Source: an uncultured bacterium
Lineage (GTDB): Bacteria; Babelota; Babeliae; Babelales; Babelaceae
Reading direction: 5' to 3'
DNA length: 64,000 nt
Assembly (NCBI GenBank): GCA_963722385.1
Contig: CAVRKK010000002.1
Location: forward strand, 480,001-544,000
Below, in pieces: positions 9,193-19,664 of the stretch. Numbering within the stretch: the first letter of the stretch is position 1; each line of letters opens with the position of its first letter. The position numbers and the translations under genes were made by a program. The notes under the pieces are model-generated. The model made no database searches. It was given only the letters and a program-made list of their open reading frames with translations, and was not told the DNA's origin.

Positions 9193-10524
9193 TTATTGAG
9201 GGATGCTTCCTAGTTTTGCCACAGCATATAAAGGGTATGAGTGAATTTTTTTTCCTGCAATAGATCCGGCAACAGCGTAGTTACTTGGTGCAACCTTAAT
9301 TCCATGGGGGGAATGAGGGTGGGTTTCTAAAAACAGCTTCATACTCTGTAATGCTGACCCTGAACCACTTTTAACTTCTATTGGTATAACGTTTTCGTTT
9401 ATTTGAATCAAGTAATCGATTTCGGCACTGCTCGTTCTCTCTTCTCTTCGCCAGTAGTACAAGTTTCGTTCTTTAAAAGGGTTAGAATAAGCAAGGAGCT
9501 CTTGTCCAACAAAAGCTTCACTAAACTCCCCTTTATTAACAAACTGGCTCATTGGATCTATAATCCATGGCCCTATGTCAGCTCCGAGGACTACCTGGCT
9601 CAGAGCAACGTCCAGAAAGATAACCTTAAAATCTTCGACATCCATTTGTGCTCCCAAAGGAATTCCTTGTCCAGCAGTTTTAAAAATTTTTGTTACTATG
9701 CCTGCCATTGAAAGGAGGGTAAGCGCTGGCTCAAGCTCTCTTTTTTTGTAATCGTTGCCAACCTCGCTATATTTAAATTTTCTTCCTAGACGCTTTGGTA
9801 TATGCTCAAAGAGCAAGTTCAGATACTTAATCTGCGAACGCTTCGCATATTTGTCAAAATCTTTTCTATAGGTATTCACTACTGCCCGTAGAATTTTGCC
9901 ACACCTAAACATATCTTTGGTTTCTCTCCAGCATCCTACTGCAGCTGGCATGCCTCCAATCGCAAGATATTCTCCTAGGAAAGTAAGAGCAGTCTGATGT
10001 GCTGTTTCGCTTATTGGCTCATCTGACTTATGATGTAAAATAGCTTCGGCTAACATATTTTGATTAAGAGCATACAGAAATTCAATAAATGACATTGGAT
10101 ACATATAAAGCCAATCAATACGTCCTACAGCCATACCAATTTTCTCAATTTGAAAATCCAAAAGTGAGCCGGCAGCTAGTACATGAAGCTCAGGCATTTC
10201 TTCATAAAAGTAGCGTAATGACTTAAAAGCTTTCTCTGATTCCTGAATTTCGTCAAAAAACAATAAGGTTTTACCGGGAGTGATCGGTTTGCCAATCATA
10301 AAAGCAAGGTCTCTTATAATTCTATCGGGTGCAAGATCCTTTTCGAAAGCAATCGAAAACCGTGGATTGCGCTCAAAATTGATTTGAACAAAGTCCTCAA
10401 ATGCCTTGCCTAAATTTATCGCAGCATAGGTTTTTCCTACTTGCCGAGCACCTCGAATGAGCAGGGGCATTCTAAAGGTACTTTCTTTCCATTCTAAGAG
10501 ATATTTATCAATTGATCGCTTCAT
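9193..10524 (-). CDS. AAA+ ATPase with C-terminal DUF4143-type/PD-(D/E)xK domain
   Basis: GARQVGKT, LFFDEIQ, AAGSLL, GGMP, AEIDYL...PIEVKSG. Confidence 0.9.
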   Translation of the reverse strand: MKRSIDKYLLEWKESTFRMPLLIRGARQVGKTYAAINLGKAFEDFVQINFERNPRFSIAFEKDLAPDRIIRDLAFMIGKPITPGKTLLFFDEIQESEKAFKSLRYFYEEMPELHVLAAGSLLDFQIEKIGMAVGRIDWLYMYPMSFIEFLYALNQNMLAEAILHHKSDEPISETAHQTALTFLGEYLAIGGMPAAVGCWRETKDMFRCGKILRAVVNTYRKDFDKYAKRSQIKYLNLLFEHIPKRLGRKFKYSEVGNDYKKRELEPALTLLSMAGIVTKIFKTAGQGIPLGAQMDVEDFKVIFLDVALSQVVLGADIGPWIIDPMSQFVNKGEFSEAFVGQELLAYSNPFKERNLYYWRREERTSSAEIDYLIQINENVIPIEVKSGSGSALQSMKLFLETHPHSPHGIKVAPSNYAVAGSIAGKKIHSYPLYAVAKLGSIPQ

Positions 10525-10545
10525 GCTTGCTTTTCCTCAAGAAGA

Positions 10546-10632
10546 TGTTCAAAAATCCATCCTAGATTATAACATTTTTGTTCAAAAATCCACCCTAAAT
10601 TTGACCTATTTTGGCCAAAAATCCACCCAAGC
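10546..10632. repeat. Three ~21-bp direct repeats with exact 33-bp periodicity over the AAA ATPase promoter
   Basis: TGTTCAAAAATCCATCCTAGA (10546), TGTTCAAAAATCCACCCTAAA (10579), TGGCCAAAAATCCACCCAAGC (10612); minus-strand TGtTATAAT lies between copies 1 and 2. Confidence 0.85.
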
Positions 10633-10634
10633 CC

Positions 10635-10963
10635 ACATCTTATTTTTTGCCAAACAATTCTTCGGATTGTGTAGCAATAAAATTCTCACCCTCATTGCCA
10701 GGGACGAGTAACTCACTACTTGCCACTGCCAATTTCTACTCAAGCGACGTCTCTATTTCAGAGATTTTCGGATCAAGCAGCTCAGGCCAGTATGAAGGTG
10801 ATGGCGGCAGCTCCATCGATGTTGCCATTATTGCAGGGCCGATCGTTAGCGGGGTTGCTGCTCTTACTGGCTTAGTTATCGCAGGCATTATTACCTACGT
10901 TGCCCTCGCCATCGTGGCACTGGCTCTGTTAATTATACACCGTCAGCTCAAAGCGAACTCTGA
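10635..10963 (+). pseudogene. Terminal fragment of the beta-propeller family (last blade, TM helix, frameshifted tail)
   Basis: TSYFLPNNSSDCVAIKFSP...IIAGPIVSGVAALTGLV; after a small deletion the homologous tail RHRGTGSVNYTPSAQSEL* continues in another frame. Confidence 0.75.
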
Positions 10964-11534
10964 GTCGTATCAAATCAGGCAGGGGAAAAGGTCGATAGTA
11001 CTTGAGCTCAGAAGACTTTCAAATTCACCCCAGCTGGGCCATATTGAGCAAGCAGAAAAAGCACTTTCATTGGATGATTTGGCATGCTTTCTCTTTGGTT
11101 CAGATAGAACCCATCGATAGGCTTTGTATAAAAATAATATTGCCATAAAATAAGGGCGCTTATAGCTCGGTTAAAATTCAGAACCTAATCTAAGCAATGC
11201 CTATGGCGGCAAATCCTAAATGATGCTCCTGTTCTTATTATCCAGCACAAACGCGGCTTTGGATGACCGCGACTCTCAGAACTGCTGCCTTTCAAGCCGA
11301 CCTTATTCAGATATTATCTATGGCGCAAAAAGGCGATAACAGGCTGAATATGTAACGTGGTAAATGATACATCGCCACATATTTGCTCATAATACAAAAA
11401 ACATATAAAGAGACATAATATAATCAATCTTTCTTGTGCGATGATTGATAATGCGATATATCTTGAAAAAAATCTGTTATTTGCCTATCATTCAAGAAAG
11501 TAGACAAGAAATAACTTGTTTCAAGTACATCTGA

Positions 11535-12623
<1,089 letters not shown>

Positions 12624-12655
12624 CGTTAGTGCAAGGAAGCGTTAGGTTTACTCAT

Positions 12656-12841
12656 TTAATCAATATTGGCTATATCAACGCAGGTGGGTACCTTCACGCC
12701 TTTCTCCAGTGCTTCCTCTATGAGCCTCATGCCCTGATTAAACACATACCTTCGGCACCCTGCTGATCGCCTTATCAAGTTTTCTTGCTTAACTGTAGGT
12801 TCCAGCCTATAGCTAAACGTCTTCTTTATCTCCTTTTTCAT
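12656..12841 (-). pseudogene. TnpB (IS200/IS605 OrfB) N-terminal remnant
   Basis: RBS AAGGAG; MKKEIKKTFSYRLEPTVKQENLIRRSAGCRRYVFNQG is the TnpB N-terminal HTH pattern; stops after 61 aa. Confidence 0.8.
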
Positions 12842-13037
12842 GCTCCTTAAAATACCAGCTTTTTCTTTTTTGATAAGCTTCAAGCTTTTGTTGCAAACGC
12901 TATCATGCGCCAATTGTTTATGCGAAAAGCAGGAGTAATATTGCTGTCCCCTGCTAAAATGAGTCATTGTAAGCAGTTGACTTTTAGCCCAATAATTTAT
13001 TACTATTACAGAAACAAGGAAAACTAAGGAAATAGGT

Positions 13038-15344
13038 ATGAAATTAGTAAAATTCATTTTTCTTATGGGTCTTTTGCACGTGGCCCATAGCTCACTTTAT
13101 GCCATGAATGAAAAAGCTAATAATACGTTATGGGATAAAGTTTTCTTTTTCAAAAAAGCGTTAAAAGCACTTCAGGAAGGCGCTGATGCTAATTATACGC
13201 GTAACGGTATACCCGTAATAGTGCGGGTTGCTGCGTTTTCCAAGCTTAAGCAGATTAAGTTGTTGCTTGCATATGGTGCGGATATCAATAGCGCGAGTAC
13301 TGCCGAAAACAAAATTGGGCGTCTCAGATATCCAATTGGTACGACTCCTCTTTACGCTGCTACGCGTGAGACCTTTGATCCAGAGCTATCTGAAGAACTT
13401 CTTATGAATGGAGCGCATATAAATATTGGTCCTGAGCTCACGGGCGCAGCCTTTATTATGTTAGATGCACGTATAAAGGGAAAGGAAATAGCAGAGCGGC
13501 AGGATGAGGCAATGCGATGGTTCTTAGAGCACGGTTTGAGGCTAACAGAGGCCGATTTGCAACAATTACCTATAGTTAATCAGGTAAAGAAGATCTATAA
13601 TAAGCAACTGCTTCTTCAAGCAATTGTCTTTCGTGGAAATGTAGGGGATTTAATTGCGGCAATGAAAAAATATTCGGAGCAGGAAGCATTATCTGATGAT
13701 ATTATTAACGAGCTTAATCAGGCATTTGTCTTAGGTGCGGCACAAGAGAGTCCCGCTTTAGTAGATATATTTGAGGCACCTCAATTGCTCAATCTTATTT
13801 TGCCCCAAACATTTCGAGCAGCAATGGAACGTGCAGCACTGATTGGAGATTTATCAATGGTAAAGAGAATTGTTCAACATGCCCAAAAGCATGGGCATAT
13901 TGAGGAAGAACGGTCTCAGTGGGCAGAAGCACTTCGAAAGGCTTACCTCTATGCTCATGGTCAAGGACATCAGCAGGTTGTTGCGTTTTTAAAGGAATAT
14001 AATGAGATCCTACATCTTGATGTTGATTTTTCTCAACAGCACGAGGAGTCACGACAACCGAGCGATATTTTACCAGATAATAGCAAAGAAAAAGAGAAGG
14101 AAAAAGAAAAAGAAGAAGATTCTCAACAACCGCCGAAGCAGGTCAAACGTAAGGAACTCGGAGCGGAGCTTATTCAAGCAATTAAATACCAAAAGAACGA
14201 TCTTGTTAAGCAATTACTAGAAGCTGGTGTTGACCCTAACGTTGATGGAGCGGACGGATGTTCAGCATTGATAATAGCGGGGCTTTATGGCAATTTTGAT
14301 GCGCTAAAACTTCTTGTTGAGCATGGTGCTAATCTCGATGCGCTCATTCCTGATACGTTAGATATAGAAGACCTGCCTGTTGCTTATATTGGGAGATCAT
14401 CTTCTTTTATGATTGGTGGAAACATTATCTGGGCCGTAGTTGATTATCTGAGGCGCTTTTCAACTGTTAATATAAGCCCTATTTTAACATGGCTTGAAAC
14501 ACACGGTGCTGATCTAAATCAGCTAAACAGCACGGGACAATCTGTTGTTATGCTTGTTGCCCCTGCTAATGGAGAGCTTTTGCGGTGGTTGTTTGAGGCA
14601 GGTGTTGGGATTCCAGAAGCAAATTTTGTCGGTAAAGATGAGCGCGAAACAGTTATTCAGCAAGTAGATAACGCTTATCCTCGAGATCATGATCCAGTCG
14701 CTCATATGATTTTACTCTACCGAGCTGGCGTATATGGTAATGAACAAGAAACCTTTGAGCTTATTAAGGACAAGATTAATAGACACGCTCTGCATAAGGG
14801 AACAAGAGGTAAATGGCTTATAATGGCTATAGCTCAAAGGATGTCATATAAACAGTTAGAGTTTATTAAGTTTACTACGATGACTGCGTATCCAAAAGAC
14901 CTGCAACGAGCGCTCATTGTTGCAGTTCGTTTGGGCAATCATGGAGCTGCTTCCGCCCTTATAGAATATAATCAAGCAGCTATAGATAGTGATGAAGCTA
15001 ATTGGCACGAGGCAGTTATAAAAGCATTAAATCTTGCAGTAAAATATGGTAGAGCAAATATAATATCTCTGCTTTTAAATGCATTGTCGCTGTCAGTTAT
15101 TGGTAGTGTTATCGCAGATATACGGAAAGCTATAGAAGATTCGCCGGAAATAAAAGAAGAGGATCGGCGATCTCTGCTTAAACAAATAGAAAATGCTCTG
15201 GCTCAAAGCTCAAAAGAAACTGGTCATCTCTCGCGTACAGGATCAGCTGCATTAAGTAGGCTTATTGTTGGTTTACCATCAGGTTTGATTGCGGGCATTC
15301 TAACGGTATTATCCGGTATATGGCAACATTCTAGTAACCAATAA
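13038..15344 (+). CDS. Secreted ankyrin-repeat protein with two ankyrin modules and a degenerate F-box-like end
   Basis: Signal then MN; LLLAYGADIN, LLEAGVDPN, LLVEHGANLD; charged linker KEKEKEKEKEED; C-terminal GLPSGLIAGILTVL. Confidence 0.8.
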   Translation: MKLVKFIFLMGLLHVAHSSLYAMNEKANNTLWDKVFFFKKALKALQEGADANYTRNGIPVIVRVAAFSKLKQIKLLLAYGADINSASTAENKIGRLRYPIGTTPLYAATRETFDPELSEELLMNGAHINIGPELTGAAFIMLDARIKGKEIAERQDEAMRWFLEHGLRLTEADLQQLPIVNQVKKIYNKQLLLQAIVFRGNVGDLIAAMKKYSEQEALSDDIINELNQAFVLGAAQESPALVDIFEAPQLLNLILPQTFRAAMERAALIGDLSMVKRIVQHAQKHGHIEEERSQWAEALRKAYLYAHGQGHQQVVAFLKEYNEILHLDVDFSQQHEESRQPSDILPDNSKEKEKEKEKEEDSQQPPKQVKRKELGAELIQAIKYQKNDLVKQLLEAGVDPNVDGADGCSALIIAGLYGNFDALKLLVEHGANLDALIPDTLDIEDLPVAYIGRSSSFMIGGNIIWAVVDYLRRFSTVNISPILTWLETHGADLNQLNSTGQSVVMLVAPANGELLRWLFEAGVGIPEANFVGKDERETVIQQVDNAYPRDHDPVAHMILLYRAGVYGNEQETFELIKDKINRHALHKGTRGKWLIMAIAQRMSYKQLEFIKFTTMTAYPKDLQRALIVAVRLGNHGAASALIEYNQAAIDSDEANWHEAVIKALNLAVKYGRANIISLLLNALSLSVIGSVIADIRKAIEDSPEIKEEDRRSLLKQIENALAQSSKETGHLSRTGSAALSRLIVGLPSGLIAGILTVLSGIWQHSSNQ

Positions 15345-15489
15345 GATAATTAATTTCGGTGTAAGCGAGCAGCTATTTGGATTTTTTATTAAAAACTGTT
15401 GATATTTATATTTTAATTTTATTATTATTTTATTAAGGTTAGTTCTAAGAGATAGCGATGTAATTATTATTTATAACAAAGGAGAAACC

Positions 15490-15636
15490 ATGTCAGATCA
15501 TAAACAAGCCGGTAAACCTGAGCATAAACAAACTGAAACCGGATCAAACGTATCTCAAGCAAAATCAACTAAAGAATCAAAAGAGGGCAAAGAGACATCC
15601 GGTAGCAATAAAAGCAGCTCTTGCTGCAGCTGTTAA
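15490..15636 (+). CDS. 48-aa hydrophilic microprotein ending in CCSC (absent from the ORF track)
   Basis: RBS AAAGGAG a few nt upstream; MSDHKQAGKPEHKQTETGSNVSQAKSTKESKEGKETSGSNKSSSCCSC*; downstream inverted repeat TTAAGTTCG...CGAACTTAA. Confidence 0.7.
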   Translation: MSDHKQAGKPEHKQTETGSNVSQAKSTKESKEGKETSGSNKSSSCCSC

Positions 15637-15745
15637 AAAAGGGCATCCTATTTTTAAGTTCGTGATGTCACAAGATGCGCGAACTTAATCTTAACGATGC
15701 CAGCACCATTGAATCAAGCCGGGGAATATGTCAACTGTAAATACA

Positions 15746-16197
15746 TCATATCGTATTTTGTTTGTTTCGTTCTCTATCTTGCCATTTCTGAATTGCTTGC
15801 CGATCGCTATCCGTTAAATGGTAATCTCTTAAATTTTCAGGATCGATCCATATATGATGGTCATGTTCAGAACTCCGAGTAACCGAAGTTGATGTGGTTT
15901 TACATGCAAAGAAAACTGCAACAATTTGATTTGCTATGCCTTTAATAACCGGAAACCATTCACTTACAAAAATTGGATCGCCAACTATTACGCTTAGCCC
16001 GGTTTCTTCATTAATTTCGCGCTTTAACCCATCAAGTACCTTTCTCCAATTTCGATGCGGCCTCCAGGCAAAAGATACTTACCAATGTTGGTCCCTTGGC
16101 CATAAGACTTGGCTTCGCGCAAAACTAATACTTCATTTTTTTCGTTAGCAATAACGGCCTTTGCTGCAATACATTGTACATCAATTTTTTTTTGCAT
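15746..16197 (-). pseudogene. NUDIX hydrolase with a 1-nt frameshift inside the Nudix box
   Basis: LPGGRIEIGERY then, in the shifted frame, DGLKREINEETGL...SEHDHHIWIDPENL; break near 16033. Confidence 0.8.
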
Positions 16198-16526
16198 AGA
16201 AACCCTTTGATTGGATATCAACCTCATTTAAGTAATATACCATAAAACGCCCTCACGAGTTCACCTGCGAATAAAAGAGACTCGACAGCGTCTACGCGGA
16301 GGTAGAGATGAACTTTTTGCCGTAGCTAAAGATGCTAAGGCGTTATGAGCAAAGAAACAAATTCAAGAAGCCCAGATTAAATCAGCAGTTTCTGTAAGTA
16401 AAGTGATAACAAAAAACCCTTAGTATGATTTCAACTGATATGGAGAGGATCCAAAGTTAAATACTTTTCCTCGCGGAACAGGAGGAAGGCGGGCATAGGA
16501 ATGCTAATGCCTGAGGATATTCGTAG

Positions 16527-17471
16527 CTACACTATTACGTTAGCGCTGGGGCTTACAAGATCTTCTATGGCTATCGATGAGTTATGGTGAGCATATCCCA
16601 TTTTTTGGCGTAAGGTTGGGAAAAATCTACTAATTGGCCGCTCAAGATCCTCAAGATCATTTCCTACATTAAGCCAGAAATCAATCTGCATTTGCGATAG
16701 CTTAGAATTCGTGCCTTTTTCTTTTTTCTGGAGCTTTGATTCATAAAAATAATCGATGGTACGACTAATATAATGATTAAGCCGCAGTTCACTTTTGTCG
16801 AGCCCCACACCACCTTGCTGGTTCTTATAGGAACACCTATGGGCTGGCCACACAAATTTGTCAAAGAGTTTCGGCTTAAGAATGGTTTTGATAACATTTT
16901 GATTGAGATCATGATCAGGCGGTGCAATTCGGTGAAGGGCTTCGATGAGTAACGTGTTTTCTGGTATTGTTTTTAAACCTGAAGTTCCGTAGACTTGCCA
17001 CCAAACGTGGATACCCGGTGCCGAATCATGCGCTTCCAAGACTTCCAATACCGAATTTGCTTTTGGTGCCACCAAAAACTCATCTATATCAATGAGCGCA
17101 AGCCACTTCGTTTCATCCTGTGAAGATTGGCACATATGCTCGTAAGCTGGCACTTGCGTGGCAACGACCCATGCATAGGGTCCTGTTGGATCAGCAGGAA
17201 CACGATCAGGCCAATCAATAAGTGAAACAATGTTTTGCTCAATATATGGGCGAAGAACACTCATATAATCATCATCGCTGCCATTGTTATAAAGATAAAA
17301 ATGCTCGACACCAACCAAAAGGTGATATTCAATCCACTCTTTGAAATATGGTGCCTCGTTATTGAAAATTGCTCCAACAGAAAGCTGATATTTAAAATCT
17401 GCAGCATTATGGTTACCAAATAAGCAGTTTACAAGCAGTAAAAGAGCGCTAAAATAATATTTGTATCTCAT
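16527..17471 (-). CDS. Exported glycosyltransferase (GT-A fold, GT92/GT2-like)
   Basis: Signal peptide; IFNNEAPYFKEWIEYHLLVGVEHFYLYNNGSDD; WLALIDIDEF (DxD); LRLNHY. Confidence 0.85.
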   Translation of the reverse strand: MRYKYYFSALLLLVNCLFGNHNAADFKYQLSVGAIFNNEAPYFKEWIEYHLLVGVEHFYLYNNGSDDDYMSVLRPYIEQNIVSLIDWPDRVPADPTGPYAWVVATQVPAYEHMCQSSQDETKWLALIDIDEFLVAPKANSVLEVLEAHDSAPGIHVWWQVYGTSGLKTIPENTLLIEALHRIAPPDHDLNQNVIKTILKPKLFDKFVWPAHRCSYKNQQGGVGLDKSELRLNHYISRTIDYFYESKLQKKEKGTNSKLSQMQIDFWLNVGNDLEDLERPISRFFPTLRQKMGYAHHNSSIAIEDLVSPSANVIV

Positions 17472-17673
17472 GCATAACAACCCCAAATAAATGATTGAGA
17501 ACAATATAACGCAATCTCTGCGAAAAACAAGATTGCACTCAAGCAATCGTTGCTACGAAGCTCTTCAAGCAAAAGAAAAAACACCCCTTATTTTTCTTGC
17601 TTTCGGCTCGCCCTAGATGTTACTATTAGAATAAAAGAATCGAAATACAAGAAACGTATTGAAGGGTCATATT

Positions 17674-18546
17674 ATGAATAAAATGCGATTTTTAATACTT
17701 ATAGTAGGCGCCGTTTCATGGTCTCTCCAGGCAGCAGGCCCCGTAACGCACGTTATCCTTGCGCAGAAATGGCTCGATACATGCGAAAAGCAGTATACTC
17801 CTGCCGATCGCAAAAACTTTATCATCGGTACGCTCTTTCCTGATGTCCGCTATTTAGCAGATTTGCCGCGTGAAAAAACCCACGCAGCGCATATAACCCT
17901 TGAGCAGATTGGTAGCGAAACAAATGCTTTCACCGCCGGGTCTTTGTTTCACTCCTGGGTTGATAACGTACGCGAATATTATCTTAAAGATAAAAAAGGC
18001 AAAATACTCCCTCGTCTCAAATCCGTATGCAGTCTTCTTGCTTCAAATTATCTCAAGTTTTTAGAAGATCAGATCTATTTTGTACCTGGTTCATGGGATG
18101 ACGTAAAAGAAGACCTCAAGACCATAACGGATGACGAACGAAAGTCAGATATATCAACGGCAATGATTGAGGAATGGCATCATGACCTTATAACTCAACT
18201 TTCCTATCCACCAAGCGGTTATTTTGGTCAAATGGCGCAGCAACACAAGCGTTATTACGAATTGCCACCTGATGTTGTCGTTTCGTGGTCGCTCAGTCTT
18301 CCGAAAAATGCGGCTGAACCATTCTTTAAGAATTATGCTAAGGAACTTATGGCATTCTTCGATCAACAACTTGCCAACTGCGCAAGCACGAGCACATACC
18401 CCTATGAAAAAGCACCCGAAAGCATCTGGAGCCTGAAAGGTGCCACTAAATGGGTTACGCGCGTTGGTCAGCAATATGTTTGGCCTCTTTTTTCACAGCA
18501 AGCAAAAGATGAATATTTAGAAGAACAGTGTGGTCTGCTCTCGTAA
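17674..18546 (+). CDS. Exported protein, zinc-dependent phospholipase C/P1-nuclease-like fold
   Basis: Signal peptide; GPVTH, FIIGTLFPDVRY, GSLFHSWVD metal-ligand-like pattern. Confidence 0.55.
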   Translation: MNKMRFLILIVGAVSWSLQAAGPVTHVILAQKWLDTCEKQYTPADRKNFIIGTLFPDVRYLADLPREKTHAAHITLEQIGSETNAFTAGSLFHSWVDNVREYYLKDKKGKILPRLKSVCSLLASNYLKFLEDQIYFVPGSWDDVKEDLKTITDDERKSDISTAMIEEWHHDLITQLSYPPSGYFGQMAQQHKRYYELPPDVVVSWSLSLPKNAAEPFFKNYAKELMAFFDQQLANCASTSTYPYEKAPESIWSLKGATKWVTRVGQQYVWPLFSQQAKDEYLEEQCGLLS

Positions 18547-18560
18547 CTCACGAAGTAATC

Positions 18561-18585
18561 GCCGGCGATGCTCATAGTCGCCGGC
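18561..18585 (+). terminator. GC-rich hairpin after 17674..18546
   Basis: GCCGGCGA-N9-TCGCCGGC; no clear U tract. Confidence 0.4.
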
Positions 18586-18720
18586 ATCAACTCGGTCGCT
18601 TTCTAGAAAAAGCAGCTCATTGCCTCACCATGATGGCGCTGCTCACTCAGATTTGCCAAGCAAAGTCAAGATGTGTATTCTTAATTTAGAATTTTAATAC
18701 TCTTTACCTAAAGTGGGTTT

Positions 18721-19548
18721 ATGGAATACACGGTACATGCTAAGGAAAAACTATACTTCATGCTCTTGGCCACAATAAGTCTTGCGATCTATGTAGGCTG
18801 GGTCGCTGCCGCTTATTTTATCCCCCAGAATATTCTTGGAGGGACCATTTTTTCCGTTATTTTTCTCTTATTTAACCTATTTGCCCACACGTACCTCATA
18901 GGCTACCTTAAGGGAAATGCTATCAAGATAAACCACCAACAATTTCCTGAAATTTATGAAATTTTAACGCAACAGTCCCATAAGCTTGGCTTAAAGACAG
19001 TACCTTCTGCTTACCTTTTGCAAGGCCATGGCATGATGAATGCCTTTGCAACGCGCTTTGCGAAAAAAAATTACGTCGTGCTTTACTCTGATGTCCTGGC
19101 GCATGCCTACCAAGAAGGAAAATCTGCTGTTGAATTTATTATCGGCCATGAACTTGGTCATATCACCAGAAACCATCTTGGTGCCTTGAAATCTTTATTT
19201 TTAGCGCCAGCGCGAATGATTCCTCTTTTGGGCGCCGCTTATTCTCGAGGCTGCGAATATACCTGCGATAATATTGGGTATCATTTGGCACCTGAAGGTG
19301 CTGAAAAAGGCATCTTGATTCTTGCAGCAGGGAAATATCTGTACAAAAAAGTCAATGTTCCCGAAATGCTCGCAACCGCCAAACAAGAGCAAGGTTTTGC
19401 CACCTGGCTGGCCGAAATTTTTGCAACACACCCTCACCTTGTTAAGAGAATCGCCGCAATTAATCAGCTCAATCAAGATAACCAAGGTCTTGATTCCTTT
19501 ATAATTCCCGGCAACAAAGCAACTTTATCACAGCTTGATGTTCATTAA
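18721..19548 (+). CDS. M48-family (HtpX/Ste24-like) membrane zinc metalloprotease
   Basis: Two N-terminal TM helices, NAFA, HELGH, EYTCD, THPHLVKRI. Confidence 0.9.
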   Translation: MEYTVHAKEKLYFMLLATISLAIYVGWVAAAYFIPQNILGGTIFSVIFLLFNLFAHTYLIGYLKGNAIKINHQQFPEIYEILTQQSHKLGLKTVPSAYLLQGHGMMNAFATRFAKKNYVVLYSDVLAHAYQEGKSAVEFIIGHELGHITRNHLGALKSLFLAPARMIPLLGAAYSRGCEYTCDNIGYHLAPEGAEKGILILAAGKYLYKKVNVPEMLATAKQEQGFATWLAEIFATHPHLVKRIAAINQLNQDNQGLDSFIIPGNKATLSQLDVH

Positions 19549-19664
19549 TGTTTTTTATGTTACCTCGTAGTATGCTAAAACTAATGCGCCAACTGCTTGA
19601 CAGGGCATGTGAAGCATATTAATATTAGATTTACGTTTTTATTATAGAAATAAAGAGTGAGAAT

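Noticed and set aside
10546..10632. Possible mini CRISPR array
   Set aside because: Spacers are only about 12 bp, repeats are non-palindromic, and there are no cas genes in the window; better explained as protein-binding repeats.
12842..13057. N-terminal extension of the TnpB remnant ORF
   Set aside because: The RBS and TnpB similarity begin at 12841; the extension overlaps the divergent gene's upstream region.
18520..18546. C-terminal CGLLS as a prenylation motif
   Set aside because: Cys is fifth from the end, not a canonical CaaX; single weak instance.
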